Below are positions 20,608 to 31,861 of a stretch of DNA of 64,000 nucleotides, in pieces. The DNA lies in NCBI GenBank assembly GCA_965243135.1, contig OZ251539.1:5280001-5344000 (forward strand), in the 5' to 3' direction. A program made the translations under genes and the position numbers. Origin of the DNA: Alphaproteobacteria bacterium (GTDB taxonomy: Bacteria > Pseudomonadota > Alphaproteobacteria > MPNO01 > UBA830). Position 1 is the stretch's first letter. Each line of letters begins with the position of its first letter. Below the pieces are notes generated by a model. That model searched no databases. It was not told where the DNA came from and worked only from the letters and a program-made list of their open reading frames with translations.

Positions 20608-21522
20608 TCACGGCCCGAGAAAGGCAATCCACAACGGCAGGGTGATGACGGCCAGCGCCGTCTGCATGGTGAGCATGCCGGCCATCAGCAGTGCGTCGCC
20701 GCCGAGTTGACGCGCCAGAATATATGCCGCCGGCGCCGTCGGAAGAGCGTGGAATATCACCAATACCTTCGTCGCGGTGTCGGAAAGTCCCAGCGTCCAG
20801 GCCAGGGCCAGCGCGATCGCCGGCATCGCGACGAGCTTCAGCGCACAGCACAACGCGACCCAGAAACGCCCGGCGCGAACCGCCATAAGGTCGAGCCCGG
20901 CGCCGACGCAGAGCAGGCCGACCGGCGGCGCCGCGCCGCTCAGCAGTTCGAGAACGCCCTCGAAAGGGGCGAGAGAGCCGAAACCGGAAACGTTGGCGGC
21001 TATGCCGAGAACGCAGGCGAGTATCAGCGGATTGCGGCACATTTCCCGGATTGCGGCGACGACGCCGACCCTGCTCCCGCCGTATCGCGCGAGCGTCCAG
21101 ACGCAGACCACGTTGATGAAGGGCACCATCACGCCGATGAACAGGGCGGCGAGCGCGAGCGCTTCCTCTCCGAAGAAGGCGGCGACGAGCGGAATGCCGA
21201 CGTAGGTGTTGAAGCGAACCGCCCCTTGGAGCAGAGACGTGAAACCCGGCCCGTCGAGGCGGAGCAGCGGGCGAACCGCCAGCAAGGCCAGCGTCATGAG
21301 AAGGGGCGTGCCCGCGACGCCGACCGCCATCGCGCCGACGGGCAGCCCGCCAAGGTCGGCGCGCGCCAGACTGAGGACCAGCAGCGACGGAAACAGCACG
21401 TAATAGGTCAGCCGTTCGACCGGCGGCCACGCCGCGGCCGGAAAAAGCCGGGTGCGGCGCAGGCAGAAACCCGCAACGACGATCAGAAAGATCGGCGCAA
21501 TCGTGACGCTGACGACGAGCAT
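20608..21522 (-). CDS. AEC-family transporter
   Basis: ERLTYYVLFPSL, QGAVRFNTYVG, RNPLILAC, LPTAPAAYILARQLGGD; about 10 TM segments. Confidence 0.92.
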   Translation of the reverse strand: MLVVSVTIAPIFLIVVAGFCLRRTRLFPAAAWPPVERLTYYVLFPSLLVLSLARADLGGLPVGAMAVGVAGTPLLMTLALLAVRPLLRLDGPGFTSLLQGAVRFNTYVGIPLVAAFFGEEALALAALFIGVMVPFINVVCVWTLARYGGSRVGVVAAIREMCRNPLILACVLGIAANVSGFGSLAPFEGVLELLSGAAPPVGLLCVGAGLDLMAVRAGRFWVALCCALKLVAMPAIALALAWTLGLSDTATKVLVIFHALPTAPAAYILARQLGGDALLMAGMLTMQTALAVITLPLWIAFLGP

Positions 21523-21530
21523 GCCGGCCG

Positions 21531-21986
21531 TCAGCGGGACAGGAAGTCGAGGAGGCCCTGGAGGACGAACTGGGCCGCCATCTTGTCGATCACTTCGGCC
21601 CGGCGTTTTCGCGTGACGTCCTGCGCGATCAGATGCCGTTCCATGGCGCGGGTCGACAGGCGTTCGTCCCAGAAGCAGATCGGCAGGTCGGTCAATTCCG
21701 CCAGGTTGGCGCCGAACTGGCGCGCCGACTGGCATCGCGGTCCTTCGCTGCCGTTCATGTTGACCGGCAGACCGATGACGATGCCGCCGACCTCGTAATC
21801 GGCGGCGGTCTCGATAATCCGATGCGCGTCCCCGGAGAACCGGGTTCGCCGGATCGTCGTCAGCGGCGTCGCGATCTTGAGGCCGTCGTCCGAGACTGCG
21901 ATGCCGATGTTCTTCGTTCCCAAGTCCAGGCCCAGAAGGCAGGTGCGCGGTGCGGGTCGAATCTGGGCCGTTTCGACGATTGGCAT
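21531..21986 (-). CDS. ruvX: YqgF/RuvX pre-16S rRNA nuclease
   Basis: LGLDLGTKNIGIAVSD, GLPVNMNGSEG, WDERLST, IDKMAA. Confidence 0.96.
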   Translation of the reverse strand: MPIVETAQIRPAPRTCLLGLDLGTKNIGIAVSDDGLKIATPLTTIRRTRFSGDAHRIIETAADYEVGGIVIGLPVNMNGSEGPRCQSARQFGANLAELTDLPICFWDERLSTRAMERHLIAQDVTRKRRAEVIDKMAAQFVLQGLLDFLSR

Positions 21987-22378
21987 CAGGCGGTTCGTTT
22001 GTTGTAGCGCACTGCAAACGCACGGCGAATTCGGACATTGGCGATCCGCGCTGTTTCCGTCGCGTTGCTGATTCTCGCCGACATCACGCGGTTTTCCATC
22101 ACCGGGATCGTTCGCGCAAGCGCTGCGCGCTTTGCTTCGAGACTATCCCACGCTTTTTTGTGCAACGGAGTGTTCGTTGGAACCAATTTGCGGCACTGGT
22201 TCGGAGGCCGCAGACTGCGGGCCCCGTGAGGCTGAGTTGGGGGCGTGGTATGCCACTTTGCGGTAGGCAGAAGCGTCCCACCGCTTCTATACCCTGACCC
22301 GCCAGCCAGCCCTTGTTGCCCTTACGACAGAGATCGCCGCCCGTCTGTGTCGTACTCTGGGGTTGATGACGGGCATTA

Positions 22379-25300
22379 GGTGTATCCGGCGTGCGGGGGA
22401 AGCTGTCCGCCAGCCGTAGAGGGACCGGACGACGAAGGTACATCCCCGCGTGTGCGGGGGAAGCTCGGTCCACAGCGCGTCGACCGCGTTGACGAAAGGT
22501 ACATCCCCGCGTGTGCGGGGGAAGCACGACTAGGGCGATTTGCTTCACGGTATAGTCGGGTACATCCCCGCGTGTGCGGGGGAAGCATGCCGGGGGAACG
22601 CGCAACGCATCCCCCCGGCGGTACATCCCCGCGTGTGCGGGGGAAGCTTCCGGCCCGGCCTGGAGAATCCGCCTGCTCGGGGTACATCCCCGCGTGTGCG
22701 GGGGAAGCTTTCACTGGCCGTTTCCGGTACCGCGTTTATCGGGTACATCCCCGCGTGTGCGGGGGAAGCATAGAATCTTTTGAGAAAAGAACGTTTATTA
22801 CGGGTACATCCCCGCGTGTGCGGGGGAAGCCGGATCCTGCTGTGCGCCGAGCGCGTGGCGGTCGGTACATCCCCGCGTGTGCGGGGGAAGCTGATATGAG
22901 ATTCACGGACGTTTTGGCGGTTGGGGTACATCCCCGCGTGTGCGGGGGAAGCTTCGGCCGGTAGAAAGGTCATGCATCCAGCTCAGGTACATCCCCGCGT
23001 GTGCGGGGGAAGCGCCGCGACAAACCGAGGCGACCACCTCGTCCGGGGTACATCCCCGCGTGTGCGGGGGAAGCCGAGCGATGACCGCAATTCCGAGACT
23101 GCAACCGGGTACATCCCCGCGTGTGCGGGGGAAGCCTGGCGCCGGCGGACGAACATGACGGCCCGCGCGGTACATCCCCGCGTGTGCGGGGGAAGCTTCT
23201 CCAGCGTTTGCGAGCATCACATGATGCCGGGTACATCCCCGCGTGTGCGGGGGAAGCCGTCTTCCACCGACGGCAGCCCGTGCACGATGCGGTACATCCC
23301 CGCGTGTGCGGGGGAAGCCGGTTCTGACGGCCGCGGAAGCGCGGAAGGCTGGGTACATCCCCGCGTGTGCGGGGGAAGCATGCAGACTAAGGCTTGAAAG
23401 GCTTGCGGTTTACGGTACATCCCCGCGTGTGCGGGGGAAGCCTTCCTGAAAGGATAACGGACATGACCAAGACGGGGTACATCCCCGCGTGTGCGGGGGA
23501 AGCGAGCTCGCGTCGGACCTCCTCATGCGCCTCTCGGGTACATCCCCGCGTGTGCGGGGGAAGCACCTTGAAGCTGGCCGGCTGACCCTTCGACAAAGGT
23601 ACATCCCCGCGTGTGCGGGGGAAGCTACCGGCGATAACGGCGATAACGAGAAACAAAAGGTACATCCCCGCGTGTGCGGGGGAAGCCGTGAGACTTCATA
23701 ACTCAGACTCCCATATGAGGGTACATCCCCGCGTGTGCGGGGGAAGCAAGGTGACGTGTTCGATTACTTCGACCCGGACGGGTACATCCCCGCGTGTGCG
23801 GGGGAAGCAGCCCGAACCAGTCGCGCCCGCGCTTCCGCAACGGTACATCCCCGCGTGTGCGGGGGAAGCCGCGGCCTGCGCAATCTCTTCGTCGTCAGGA
23901 AAGGTACATCCCCGCGTGTGCGGGGGAAGCCCTACGGAAGCGAGTCCCTGGTACTGCGTTTCGGGTACATCCCCGCGTGTGCGGGGGAAGCCGTCACAAC
24001 GGGAGATAAAAAGATGACGACCACGGTACATCCCCGCGTGTGCGGGGGAAGCCTGGATCGCCGACGGCGGAATGCCGTTCAACTTGGTACATCCCCGCGT
24101 GTGCGGGGGAAGCCGGAAAAACTGGTGGGACAACTGCACGCTCCGCGGTACATCCCCGCGTGTGCGGGGGAAGCTGCCGACAGCCAGAATGTCCCTGAAC
24201 CGCATCGGGTACATCCCCGCGTGTGCGGGGGAAGCTCCTCAACATGATCGAAAAGAAGGGCGTTACCAGGTACATCCCCGCGTGTGCGGGGGAAGCCGCG
24301 CTCTGACGTTTTCCGGCAATTTTGCCGAGGGTACATCCCCGCGTGTGCGGGGGAAGCGTGATGTCGACCCACAACGGGGAATCGAATCCGGGTACATCCC
24401 CGCGTGTGCGGGGGAAGCCCGCCGTTCCCGGCGGAAGTCGAACCAGCATCAGGTACATCCCCGCGTGTGCGGGGGAAGCGCGTTGCGTTCGACGATTTGC
24501 CCTTCCAGACGGGGTACATCCCCGCGTGTGCGGGGGAAGCGTGGGCGCCTACGCGCGGGAGCGCGACGCCCATGGTACATCCCCGCGTGTGCGGGGGAAG
24601 CCTCGTCCACTGCCCCTCGACCAGGAACTCCAGAGGTACATCCCCGCGTGTGCGGGGGAAGCGATAGCGAGGCCGTCGAAGAAGCGGAGGAGGGCGGTAC
24701 ATCCCCGCGTGTGCGGGGGAAGCGCCGGGCGATACCGGCGGACGTGCTGTACCACGGGTACATCCCCGCGTGTGCGGGGGAAGCCCGTCCTGGACCGCCG
24801 GGATCGTCCTGCAGCTGGGTACATCCCCGCGTGTGCGGGGGAAGCGGGATCGTCCGGGTCCGCACGGGCAAGCGCACCGGTACATCCCCGCGTGTGCGGG
24901 GGAAGCTCGAACGCCGCCTGGCGTCGCGCCGTCCGGTCGGGTACATCCCCGCGTGTGCGGGGGAAGCCAGCGTCGACCAGACCAAGCGGGACGGCTACGC
25001 GGTACATCCCCGCGTGTGCGGGGGAAGCTACGGCCGCGCGCGGGTCCAGGTGCAGACGCACGGTACATCCCCGCGTGTGCGGGGGAAGCAGCTGGCAGTT
25101 GGTGAAGGTGGACGAAATATCGGGTACATCCCCGCGTGTGCGGGGGAAGCGAAATCGCCAACCGGACGGTCAAAGCGCATCGGGGTACATCCCCGCGTGT
25201 GCGGGGGAAGCTGACGATTGCCGGCGGACGCGGACCCGCAACCGGGTACATCCCCGCGTGTGCGGGGGAAGCTCACCCGGTAGACGCAGGCGGCGCGCTT

Positions 25301-27163
25301 CGAGGGGTACATCCCCGCGTGTGCGGGGGAAGCGTCGCGGCGGCGATCTCCGCGGCATGAGCGAGGGGTACATCCCCGCGTGTGCGGGGGAAGCGACGAG
25401 GCCTGCCAGACGTCGCCGCCCGGAGAGGGTACATCCCCGCGTGTGCGGGGGAAGCGTCCCGTCCGAGGCCGACCGCGGCAGCCGGATAGGTACATCCCCG
25501 CGTGTGCGGGGGAAGCCGGTCGTCGGTCGACCCGAGAGAGATCTCCCGAGGTACATCCCCGCGTGTGCGGGGGAAGCGTCGCGCCATTCGCGTTCGCTGT
25601 AGGGCGTGAGGGTACATCCCCGCGTGTGCGGGGGAAGCCATGCAGGGAATAAAGCTTCTATACCTGACTGAGGTACATCCCCGCGTGTGCGGGGGAAGCC
25701 GCTTTGTCAATCCCTAACCGAATCAAGCTGAAGGTACATCCCCGCGTGTGCGGGGGAAGCCATCCAAGAAAGTCACTCATCGCCCCGTAGGCGGGTACAT
25801 CCCCGCGTGTGCGGGGGAAGCGCGATGGGAGCCGGCGTGATGCCGGAAGTGATCGGTACATCCCCGCGTGTGCGGGGGAAGCGTGGAGGAAGCCCGGGCA
25901 CGGCTCGGGATGATGGGTACATCCCCGCGTGTGCGGGGGAAGCTAGGCCAGTCCGCTGTCGCCGCCGAAGCCGTCCGGTACATCCCCGCGTGTGCGGGGG
26001 AAGCCGTCGACGCGGTGGTCACCGATCCGCCGTATCAGGTACATCCCCGCGTGTGCGGGGGAAGCGCGCCGGACTGGTCCGACGAGGCGCCGGTGAACGG
26101 TACATCCCCGCGTGTGCGGGGGAAGCGCGTTGCGGTCGTCGCGCGCCCACCGGGCGCCGGGTACATCCCCGCGTGTGCGGGGGAAGCGTCAGCAGGTCGA
26201 TCGTCTCCGGCTCCAGGGCGGGTACATCCCCGCGTGTGCGGGGGAAGCACCGTTCCGCACTTCGCCCGGTCCGCCGTCCAAGGTACATCCCCGCGTGTGC
26301 GGGGGAAGCGGCGATCACCGAGCGCGACGACGGGTCGGGAGCGGTACATCCCCGCGTGTGCGGGGGAAGCCGAAAGGCGTAAGGGCGACGGAGCGCGAAA
26401 TAAGGTACATCCCCGCGTGTGCGGGGGAAGCGTCGTCAGGCGGTAGATCGGCAGCTCCACCCAGGGTACATCCCCGCGTGTGCGGGGGAAGCCGCTCACC
26501 GGCGCTCGCATCGCTTTCAACACCAGGTACATCCCCGCGTGTGCGGGGGAAGCGTCTGGAGATAGCCGGCATACGACGCCAGTTGCGGTACATCCCCGCG
26601 TGTGCGGGGGAAGCCCCGCCGCACCTCCTCCAGCACACGGCGATCCAGGTACATCCCCGCGTGTGCGGGGGAAGCCGAGGGAAGTCGGGGGTCCGGACCT
26701 CGCAAGTGGGTACATCCCCGCGTGTGCGGGGGAAGCGGTGAAGGCGTTCCTGGACAACTCTCTCCGCTCGGTACATCCCCGCGTGTGCGGGGGAAGCCCG
26801 TAGACCCGCGCCACTTCCATCAACTCGTAAGGTACATCCCCGCGTGTGCGGGGGAAGCCCCGGCGCCGGCGGTCGGCCTCAACCTGACGAAGGTACATCC
26901 CCGCGTGTGCGGGGGAAGCGAGGAATTTCTCAGGGCGCCCGGGAAGACGATGGGTACATCCCCGCGTGTGCGGGGGAAGCTTCGCGGTCACTTGTCGAGC
27001 GTAGACGACGTACGGTACATCCCCGCGTGTGCGGGGGAAGCCGCGATCGGGGCCGGGGAGCGAAGGCATCCTCGGGTACATCCCCGCGTGTGCGGGGGAA
27101 GCGCGGCGACCGTGCGGGCCATCCTCGAACCGTTCGGTACATCCCCGCGTGTGCGGGGGAAGC
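22379..27163 (-). CRISPR. CRISPR array 2 (type I-E): about 78 repeats GCTTCCCCCGCACACGCGGGGATGTACC (minus strand) plus a degenerate terminal repeat; 61-bp period
   Basis: Plus-strand GGTACATCCCCGCGTGTGCGGGGGAAGC from 22437 to 27136 (count estimated from the period). A degenerate copy at 22379-22403 marks the distal end. Confidence 0.99.
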
Positions 27164-27220
27164 CCTAGGAGGTAAGTCCCTAATACCGCTGAATATTCAC
27201 TTCGATATTCACGATGTCAA
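27164..27220 (-). promoter_or_regulatory. Short leader of the I-E array
   Basis: AT-richer segment between the cas2 stop and the first repeat; minus-strand TTGACA (27215-27220) followed 17 nt later by AATATT. Confidence 0.55.
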
Positions 27221-27537
27221 AGAGCGTGGCGGCGATCATCGCGCAATAGCCGCCTCGTGATATGCAAGCCGTCGTACTCCACCAAGTCCTTCGGCGGTTC
27301 GCCGAGCATTAGAACGCCTTGCCGGGGCGCAGCGCCCGGAGCCGCCCAAGTCATGACGACCGATCCCTGGCGATATGCGGCCCACCAGTCGTCGAGCACG
27401 CTCCAAACCCGCTCGCGCACGCCGGCGGACATGTCGGGCTGAGTGTAAACCCCGGGCGCGATCTCCAACATGCAGCTGGACAGGAAACCGCGAAAACGAG
27501 CAGGAACGTCACGGGTCACCACCACGCACATCGGCAT
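27217..27537 (-). CDS. cas2: Type I-E Cas2
   Basis: VVVTRDVPARFRGFL...LEIAPGVY...VRERVW...EYDGL. Confidence 0.95.
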   Translation of the reverse strand: MPMCVVVTRDVPARFRGFLSSCMLEIAPGVYTQPDMSAGVRERVWSVLDDWWAAYRQGSVVMTWAAPGAAPRQGVLMLGEPPKDLVEYDGLHITRRLLRDDRRHAL

Positions 27538-28393
27538 CGAACAACTCCTTAATGCGACCAATCATCGCCGGGATCAGCTTCTTGCGGCGAAACTCCGTTC
27601 CGGCCAGTCGGCGGACATGCCGTTCCAGCGGCACGGTGGGCTCGCGCTCGTAAGCCCGCGTAGCGCCGAAGGCAACCGGGACAGTCACGTCTCCCCGGTA
27701 AAGGTCCGCAATATCCAGAACGAATGCGATGCCGGAGGCTTCATGGATGAAACCAAGCTGCGGCAGTGCTCCGACGCTGGTTACGGCGATGGAAGCGGCG
27801 GCCTCCACCGCCGTCGCGGCGTGGTTGATGGCTTGATTCGGCGGATCGGCCGCTGTCGGATCCGCGCGATCGTATCTCCGCCCCTTCCAGTCGATGCCGT
27901 ATTGATCGGCAATCGTCCGATAGAGCGTCTTCATTCGAGCGCCCTCGATCCCGCGCAACACGTCGAGATCGCGATGGGGCAGGATGCGGCCCAACCGCCA
28001 AGCGTAGAGGCGTCGCGTAACGCCGAGTCGGCTTGCGTCATCTGCCCAGAGCTGGGCTTGGCGGCGGGCGATGGAGGAGTTGTCTGGGCCGAGGGGTGGA
28101 GCGGTGTATGCTCGCACCCCGTCTTCGCCCACCGCCATCAAGCAGGTTCCATGCCGCGCGCAGAGCCGCAGCGCGTCGTGGCTGACGGTGCTGCCGGGGC
28201 CGAGCAGCAGCATCGAGACCATCTGAAAGGGGATGGCGTAATCGCCCGCTTCCAGGTCGCCGCCTCCGGTCGTCTGGAAGTGCAAGGTGCCGTCTTCGAC
28301 GGAAAGATGCCCGCGCGCGAGCCAAAGCAGGCCGTGGCGGTCGGCATGCGGGATGCGTGCGGTTTCGAGCCCCAGACGACCTGCCAGCACCAT
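27509..28393 (-). CDS. cas1: Type I-E Cas1
   Basis: LLLGPGSTVSHDA, VGEDGVRAY, LRGIEGARM, LGFIH, FVLDIADLY. Confidence 0.97.
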   Translation of the reverse strand: MVLAGRLGLETARIPHADRHGLLWLARGHLSVEDGTLHFQTTGGGDLEAGDYAIPFQMVSMLLLGPGSTVSHDALRLCARHGTCLMAVGEDGVRAYTAPPLGPDNSSIARRQAQLWADDASRLGVTRRLYAWRLGRILPHRDLDVLRGIEGARMKTLYRTIADQYGIDWKGRRYDRADPTAADPPNQAINHAATAVEAAASIAVTSVGALPQLGFIHEASGIAFVLDIADLYRGDVTVPVAFGATRAYEREPTVPLERHVRRLAGTEFRRKKLIPAMIGRIKELFDADVRGGDP

Positions 28394-28427
28394 GACCGTT
28401 CTACCTTGCGTTACGTTCGAGCGACGC

Positions 28428-29318
28428 TCAGGCTGGCTTCAGCAACAACATGCCGAAGCCGAAGCCGCAGTGCCGACCGACCCCTCTGGCCAGCACGCGG
28501 GGGAAGGCTTCCGGATTGACGATTCGCAACACGCCGGAGAAACGCACTTCCGGTCGCGTGAGCCAGCAGGATTCGCGGTTTTCGCTGCCGTTGCGGAGCG
28601 GCCGGCGTAGCAAGCGGGTGGAACGCCACGAGTCGACGCGGACATTGTAGCGGTCGCGCTCTTCGTCTTGGACGAGGGCGGCGGCTTGCGGCGCATCGCC
28701 TCCCGGCGAAGAAGCGAAGCGTTCGGCGAGCCACTGGACGTAAACATGGTCGCGACTGGGCACGTCGATACCGTTCTCCGCGGCGCGCGCCGCGACGAGT
28801 TGGTATGCGTCCATTTCGCGTTGGCCCTCGGCATCAAGAACGACGGACTTCATCGGGCCGTCGCGCCGGGTCACGAGCTGCCGCTTGGCTAGCCGCCGCT
28901 TCACGGGGCATGCCCTTAGTTCGAAGCGCAGATGGAGGCTCTCGGGCCATGAGGCGGGCATGCTCTTGGAACTGAAGCGGGGCCAGTCGATCATCGTGGA
29001 GAGATCGTCGCTTGCGAGTTTGGCCACCTCGCCTAGAGCGTCGGCCGTTCGGCGGGCGTAACCCCACACCTCCAACCGAGCGTCCCGCGGGTCGTGCCGT
29101 CGTTGCTCCCGTTGGCCGAGTGGCGGCGGACAGAACGGTCGTGGAGCCTCTCGGCCGAACAAGCCGGTCATCAGCGCGTGCAAAGCATAACCCAGGTCGG
29201 CGTCGCGTGGCTTGCCGCGGCCTTCGCCCGGCGGCGTTTCCAGATAGCCTTTCGCCGCCGCCCATTCGGCGAATCTGCGTGTTTTCACCGGTAATCGCAG
29301 AAGATGGAGTTCGCTCAT
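28428..29318 (-). CDS. cas6e: Type I-E Cas6e (long, 296 aa)
   Basis: DLGYALH, FELRACPVKR, C-terminal LARGVGRHCGFGFGMLLL. Confidence 0.93.
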   Translation of the reverse strand: MSELHLLRLPVKTRRFAEWAAAKGYLETPPGEGRGKPRDADLGYALHALMTGLFGREAPRPFCPPPLGQREQRRHDPRDARLEVWGYARRTADALGEVAKLASDDLSTMIDWPRFSSKSMPASWPESLHLRFELRACPVKRRLAKRQLVTRRDGPMKSVVLDAEGQREMDAYQLVAARAAENGIDVPSRDHVYVQWLAERFASSPGGDAPQAAALVQDEERDRYNVRVDSWRSTRLLRRPLRNGSENRESCWLTRPEVRFSGVLRIVNPEAFPRVLARGVGRHCGFGFGMLLLKPA

Positions 29319-30091
29319 GACTTGTCTTCCGTGACGTTGCCGAGCTTCATCCGTCGGCGCAGGACGACCCGCTCGCCGCCGTGCAGGCGGTTTCGCCAGT
29401 CGCGTCGATCGATCACGCGCAAGGCTTGCAAACGCTTGCTGTCTGATAACGTTCGTTCGTCCGCGATCGGCAATTCGATTTCGGGTTCGGGAGAGGCGTC
29501 TCCCCGCTCGATTTCGGCCCAACGGTTCGGAAATGCAGCCGGTGCCCGTGCAAGTGCGTCGGCCAGGCAGTCGACTGCTTCAATCAATCCAACCAGTACC
29601 GGCGTGGCAGGGAGGCACGGCTTGCGGCCGAGGAACAGTGGGCGCGCAGGACGATCCAGCGCGGCCCGCAAGTCCGTTAGTGTCGGCGCTTCGTCGGCCG
29701 GATCCAGCGCAACGGCGGTCAACACGTTCGAATCGGCGCGATAGCGGCGGTAACGGATATGGGTGCCGAATCGCGCATCGCCGCCGTCCCGGTGCTCGGC
29801 GCGTCCGTTGGTGGTCCAGCCGGGGTTGCGCAGATGCTCTTGGCCGAGATCGACGGTCTGGTAATCCGGCAATTCCCGCCCCTCCCTTACCAAGGCGCTC
29901 CCTACCCGTAGGCGGTCTTGCAAGGCTTGGGTCCGGTCCCAATTCCGATGGTCGTAGCCCAGTGCGTTTGCCAGCAGTCCGGCGATCTGGCTGAGCGTCG
30001 GGAAACGGCCGGTTGGCCCGATCTGATCGATCTGCGGTCCGCCGAAGCTCATCAACGGAGCTTGGAGGTGGAGGATCAGCGCGGCCATCAC
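29315..30091 (-). CDS. cas5e: Type I-E Cas5e
   Basis: LQAPLMSFG...FPTLSQIAGLLANALG, DYQTV, PLFLGRKPCLP. Confidence 0.95.
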   Translation of the reverse strand: MMAALILHLQAPLMSFGGPQIDQIGPTGRFPTLSQIAGLLANALGYDHRNWDRTQALQDRLRVGSALVREGRELPDYQTVDLGQEHLRNPGWTTNGRAEHRDGGDARFGTHIRYRRYRADSNVLTAVALDPADEAPTLTDLRAALDRPARPLFLGRKPCLPATPVLVGLIEAVDCLADALARAPAAFPNRWAEIERGDASPEPEIELPIADERTLSDSKRLQALRVIDRRDWRNRLHGGERVVLRRRMKLGNVTEDKS

Positions 30092-31266
30092 GCTGCCTCC
30101 GCGATTTGGGCCGATGCCCAGGAAGCGAGTTCGTCAAGCGTGACTCGCTCGCCTGCGTGGGCGGGAGCCGGTTCGATCATGGTGGCGAACCTCCGATCCT
30201 CGTGTTCGCCGTACATAGCGTCGAAACGCGCCAGATAATCGTCAAGCGCCTTGGTCGCCTTGGCCTTCACTTCCCTTTTGCTCACCGGATCCATGAAAGC
30301 GTTGGCGAGCGTGCGTGGCTGCCGTTCTCCCGCCTCGGCTAGCATCAGTTCGGCGCATGCGTAAGGCGCCGTCGCCCCTAACTTTGCGCCGGGGGAGACG
30401 GTCGCGATCAGATGAACCAACCGCCGCAGTGCGCTCTTGGCCAGTTCCAGGTCGCCGGAGAGGTTCTTCGTCAGTTGCCGCAGGTCGACGACGGTATAGG
30501 CGTAGAACAGACCGCTGGTGAGTTCGGTCGTGTTGATATGGCCGGAGCCGAGTTCGCCTCCTTCCGCCACCAGATCGTCCAGGGCCGAGAAGTAGTCGGG
30601 TTCGGCCTCCTCCGCATGTACAGTGAAGCTGTGAGCGACATGGACCGCCGCATCGTAGCGGGCCATCGAATCCGAGGTCACCATGCGGCCAAACAATGCG
30701 GCGTCCACGCCGGCGCCGCGGGCGAGAGCCTTCAGATTGTCCTTGCTCTTTCTGTCCTTGAAGTAGGATTTGACTGCTTTCTTGGTCTCCGCCGGATCGT
30801 CTTTCGCGAGTTCGGCGGCGAGGTCGGTGAGGAACGCGATCTCCGGCTCTCCGAAGACGATGACTTGCTCCGTGCGCAGTCCAGCGAATGGTTCCGCCGC
30901 TTCGTCTGTTATTTCCGACGCCGTATCGCGAGCGGCTCGCGCCTTCTCGCTCTTGCCGAGGACGACGGAGCGTATGGGATCCAGAACGTTTAGAATCTGC
31001 TCCGTCGAGAGTTGGCGATCCTTCAGACGCGGTGCGATGACGTCGCTGAAAATCCTCCGCGAACGCAGTGCTTTGCCGGAATCGATCCCATCAAGCGACC
31101 ATTCGCCGCCCTGTTCGCGCCAGTGGCGCTTCAGGCATTGAGAGGATACGCGGATGCGGTCGCAGCCGCCGAACGGCAGGCGCTTTGCCCTGCCGATGTC
31201 GTCGCGGTTGAGAAGGGTGGCGGAAAAGCCGGTAAGGGTGTGAAGCTGCAGGAAATTCGTAGTCAT
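30088..31266 (-). CDS. cas7e: Type I-E Cas7e
   Basis: LQLHTL...LNRDDIGRAK...RIRVSSQCLKRHWR, DAALFGRM, DYFSALDDL. Confidence 0.96.
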   Translation of the reverse strand: MTTNFLQLHTLTGFSATLLNRDDIGRAKRLPFGGCDRIRVSSQCLKRHWREQGGEWSLDGIDSGKALRSRRIFSDVIAPRLKDRQLSTEQILNVLDPIRSVVLGKSEKARAARDTASEITDEAAEPFAGLRTEQVIVFGEPEIAFLTDLAAELAKDDPAETKKAVKSYFKDRKSKDNLKALARGAGVDAALFGRMVTSDSMARYDAAVHVAHSFTVHAEEAEPDYFSALDDLVAEGGELGSGHINTTELTSGLFYAYTVVDLRQLTKNLSGDLELAKSALRRLVHLIATVSPGAKLGATAPYACAELMLAEAGERQPRTLANAFMDPVSKREVKAKATKALDDYLARFDAMYGEHEDRRFATMIEPAPAHAGERVTLDELASWASAQIAEAA

Positions 31267-31288
31267 GGGGCACGTCTCCGGTTGGGGT

Positions 31289-31861
31289 TCAGGATGTTGC
31301 CGCTTGTACCCGGAAGTAGTCGCGGGCGAGCCGGTGGGTTACGGTATTGGGGGGGCGGATTTTCAGGCCGCGGACGCCGGGGGCGATGCGGCCGAGGATT
31401 AGCTCCGTCGGCTCGCGCCAGTTCGCTTTCTGCCCGGCGCCGGAGAGCCAGGCGGCGGCGATTCGGGTTTCGCGAGCCAAGTCCTCGTCCTTGGCCCGCA
31501 AGAAGCGAACGAAGCGCGCTTCCGCGTATCCGGTTTTGGCGAGTGCCGCCCCGAAGGTCTCGTCGCTCCTGTGCGGGTCGGGCGCGGCTTCGGCCATGGC
31601 GCGAAGCAGGCTGGCCCAGGCGAGATCGACCCTGTCGTTGTCGCGGTCCTCCGGTTCGCGCCACGCCGCCGGTACGTTCCTGAGATAGAAATCCCAGAAG
31701 CTCGGGGGGAACTCTTTCCATGCCATTCGGCGAAGCTCGGCCAGACGGCCGGTGCCGATCCGGTCCGCGTTCAGTGCGCCCGAGACAGTGGCGACGACGC
31801 GCCCGATGAATTCCGGCGTCTTGTCGGGAGCAGGAGTTTCAAGTATCGCTCTATCGTTCAT
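31289..31861 (-). CDS. cse2: Type I-E Cas11/Cse2
   Basis: LAELRR, FGAALA...EARFVRFLRA, LARDYF; sits between cas8e and cas7e. Confidence 0.85.
   Translation of the reverse strand: MNDRAILETPAPDKTPEFIGRVVATVSGALNADRIGTGRLAELRRMAWKEFPPSFWDFYLRNVPAAWREPEDRDNDRVDLAWASLLRAMAEAAPDPHRSDETFGAALAKTGYAEARFVRFLRAKDEDLARETRIAAAWLSGAGQKANWREPTELILGRIAPGVRGLKIRPPNTVTHRLARDYFRVQAATS

Noticed and set aside
22099-27260. Long overlapping ORFs with YIPACAGEA / HPRVCGGS repeats
   Set aside because: They are read-through of the stop-free I-E repeat.
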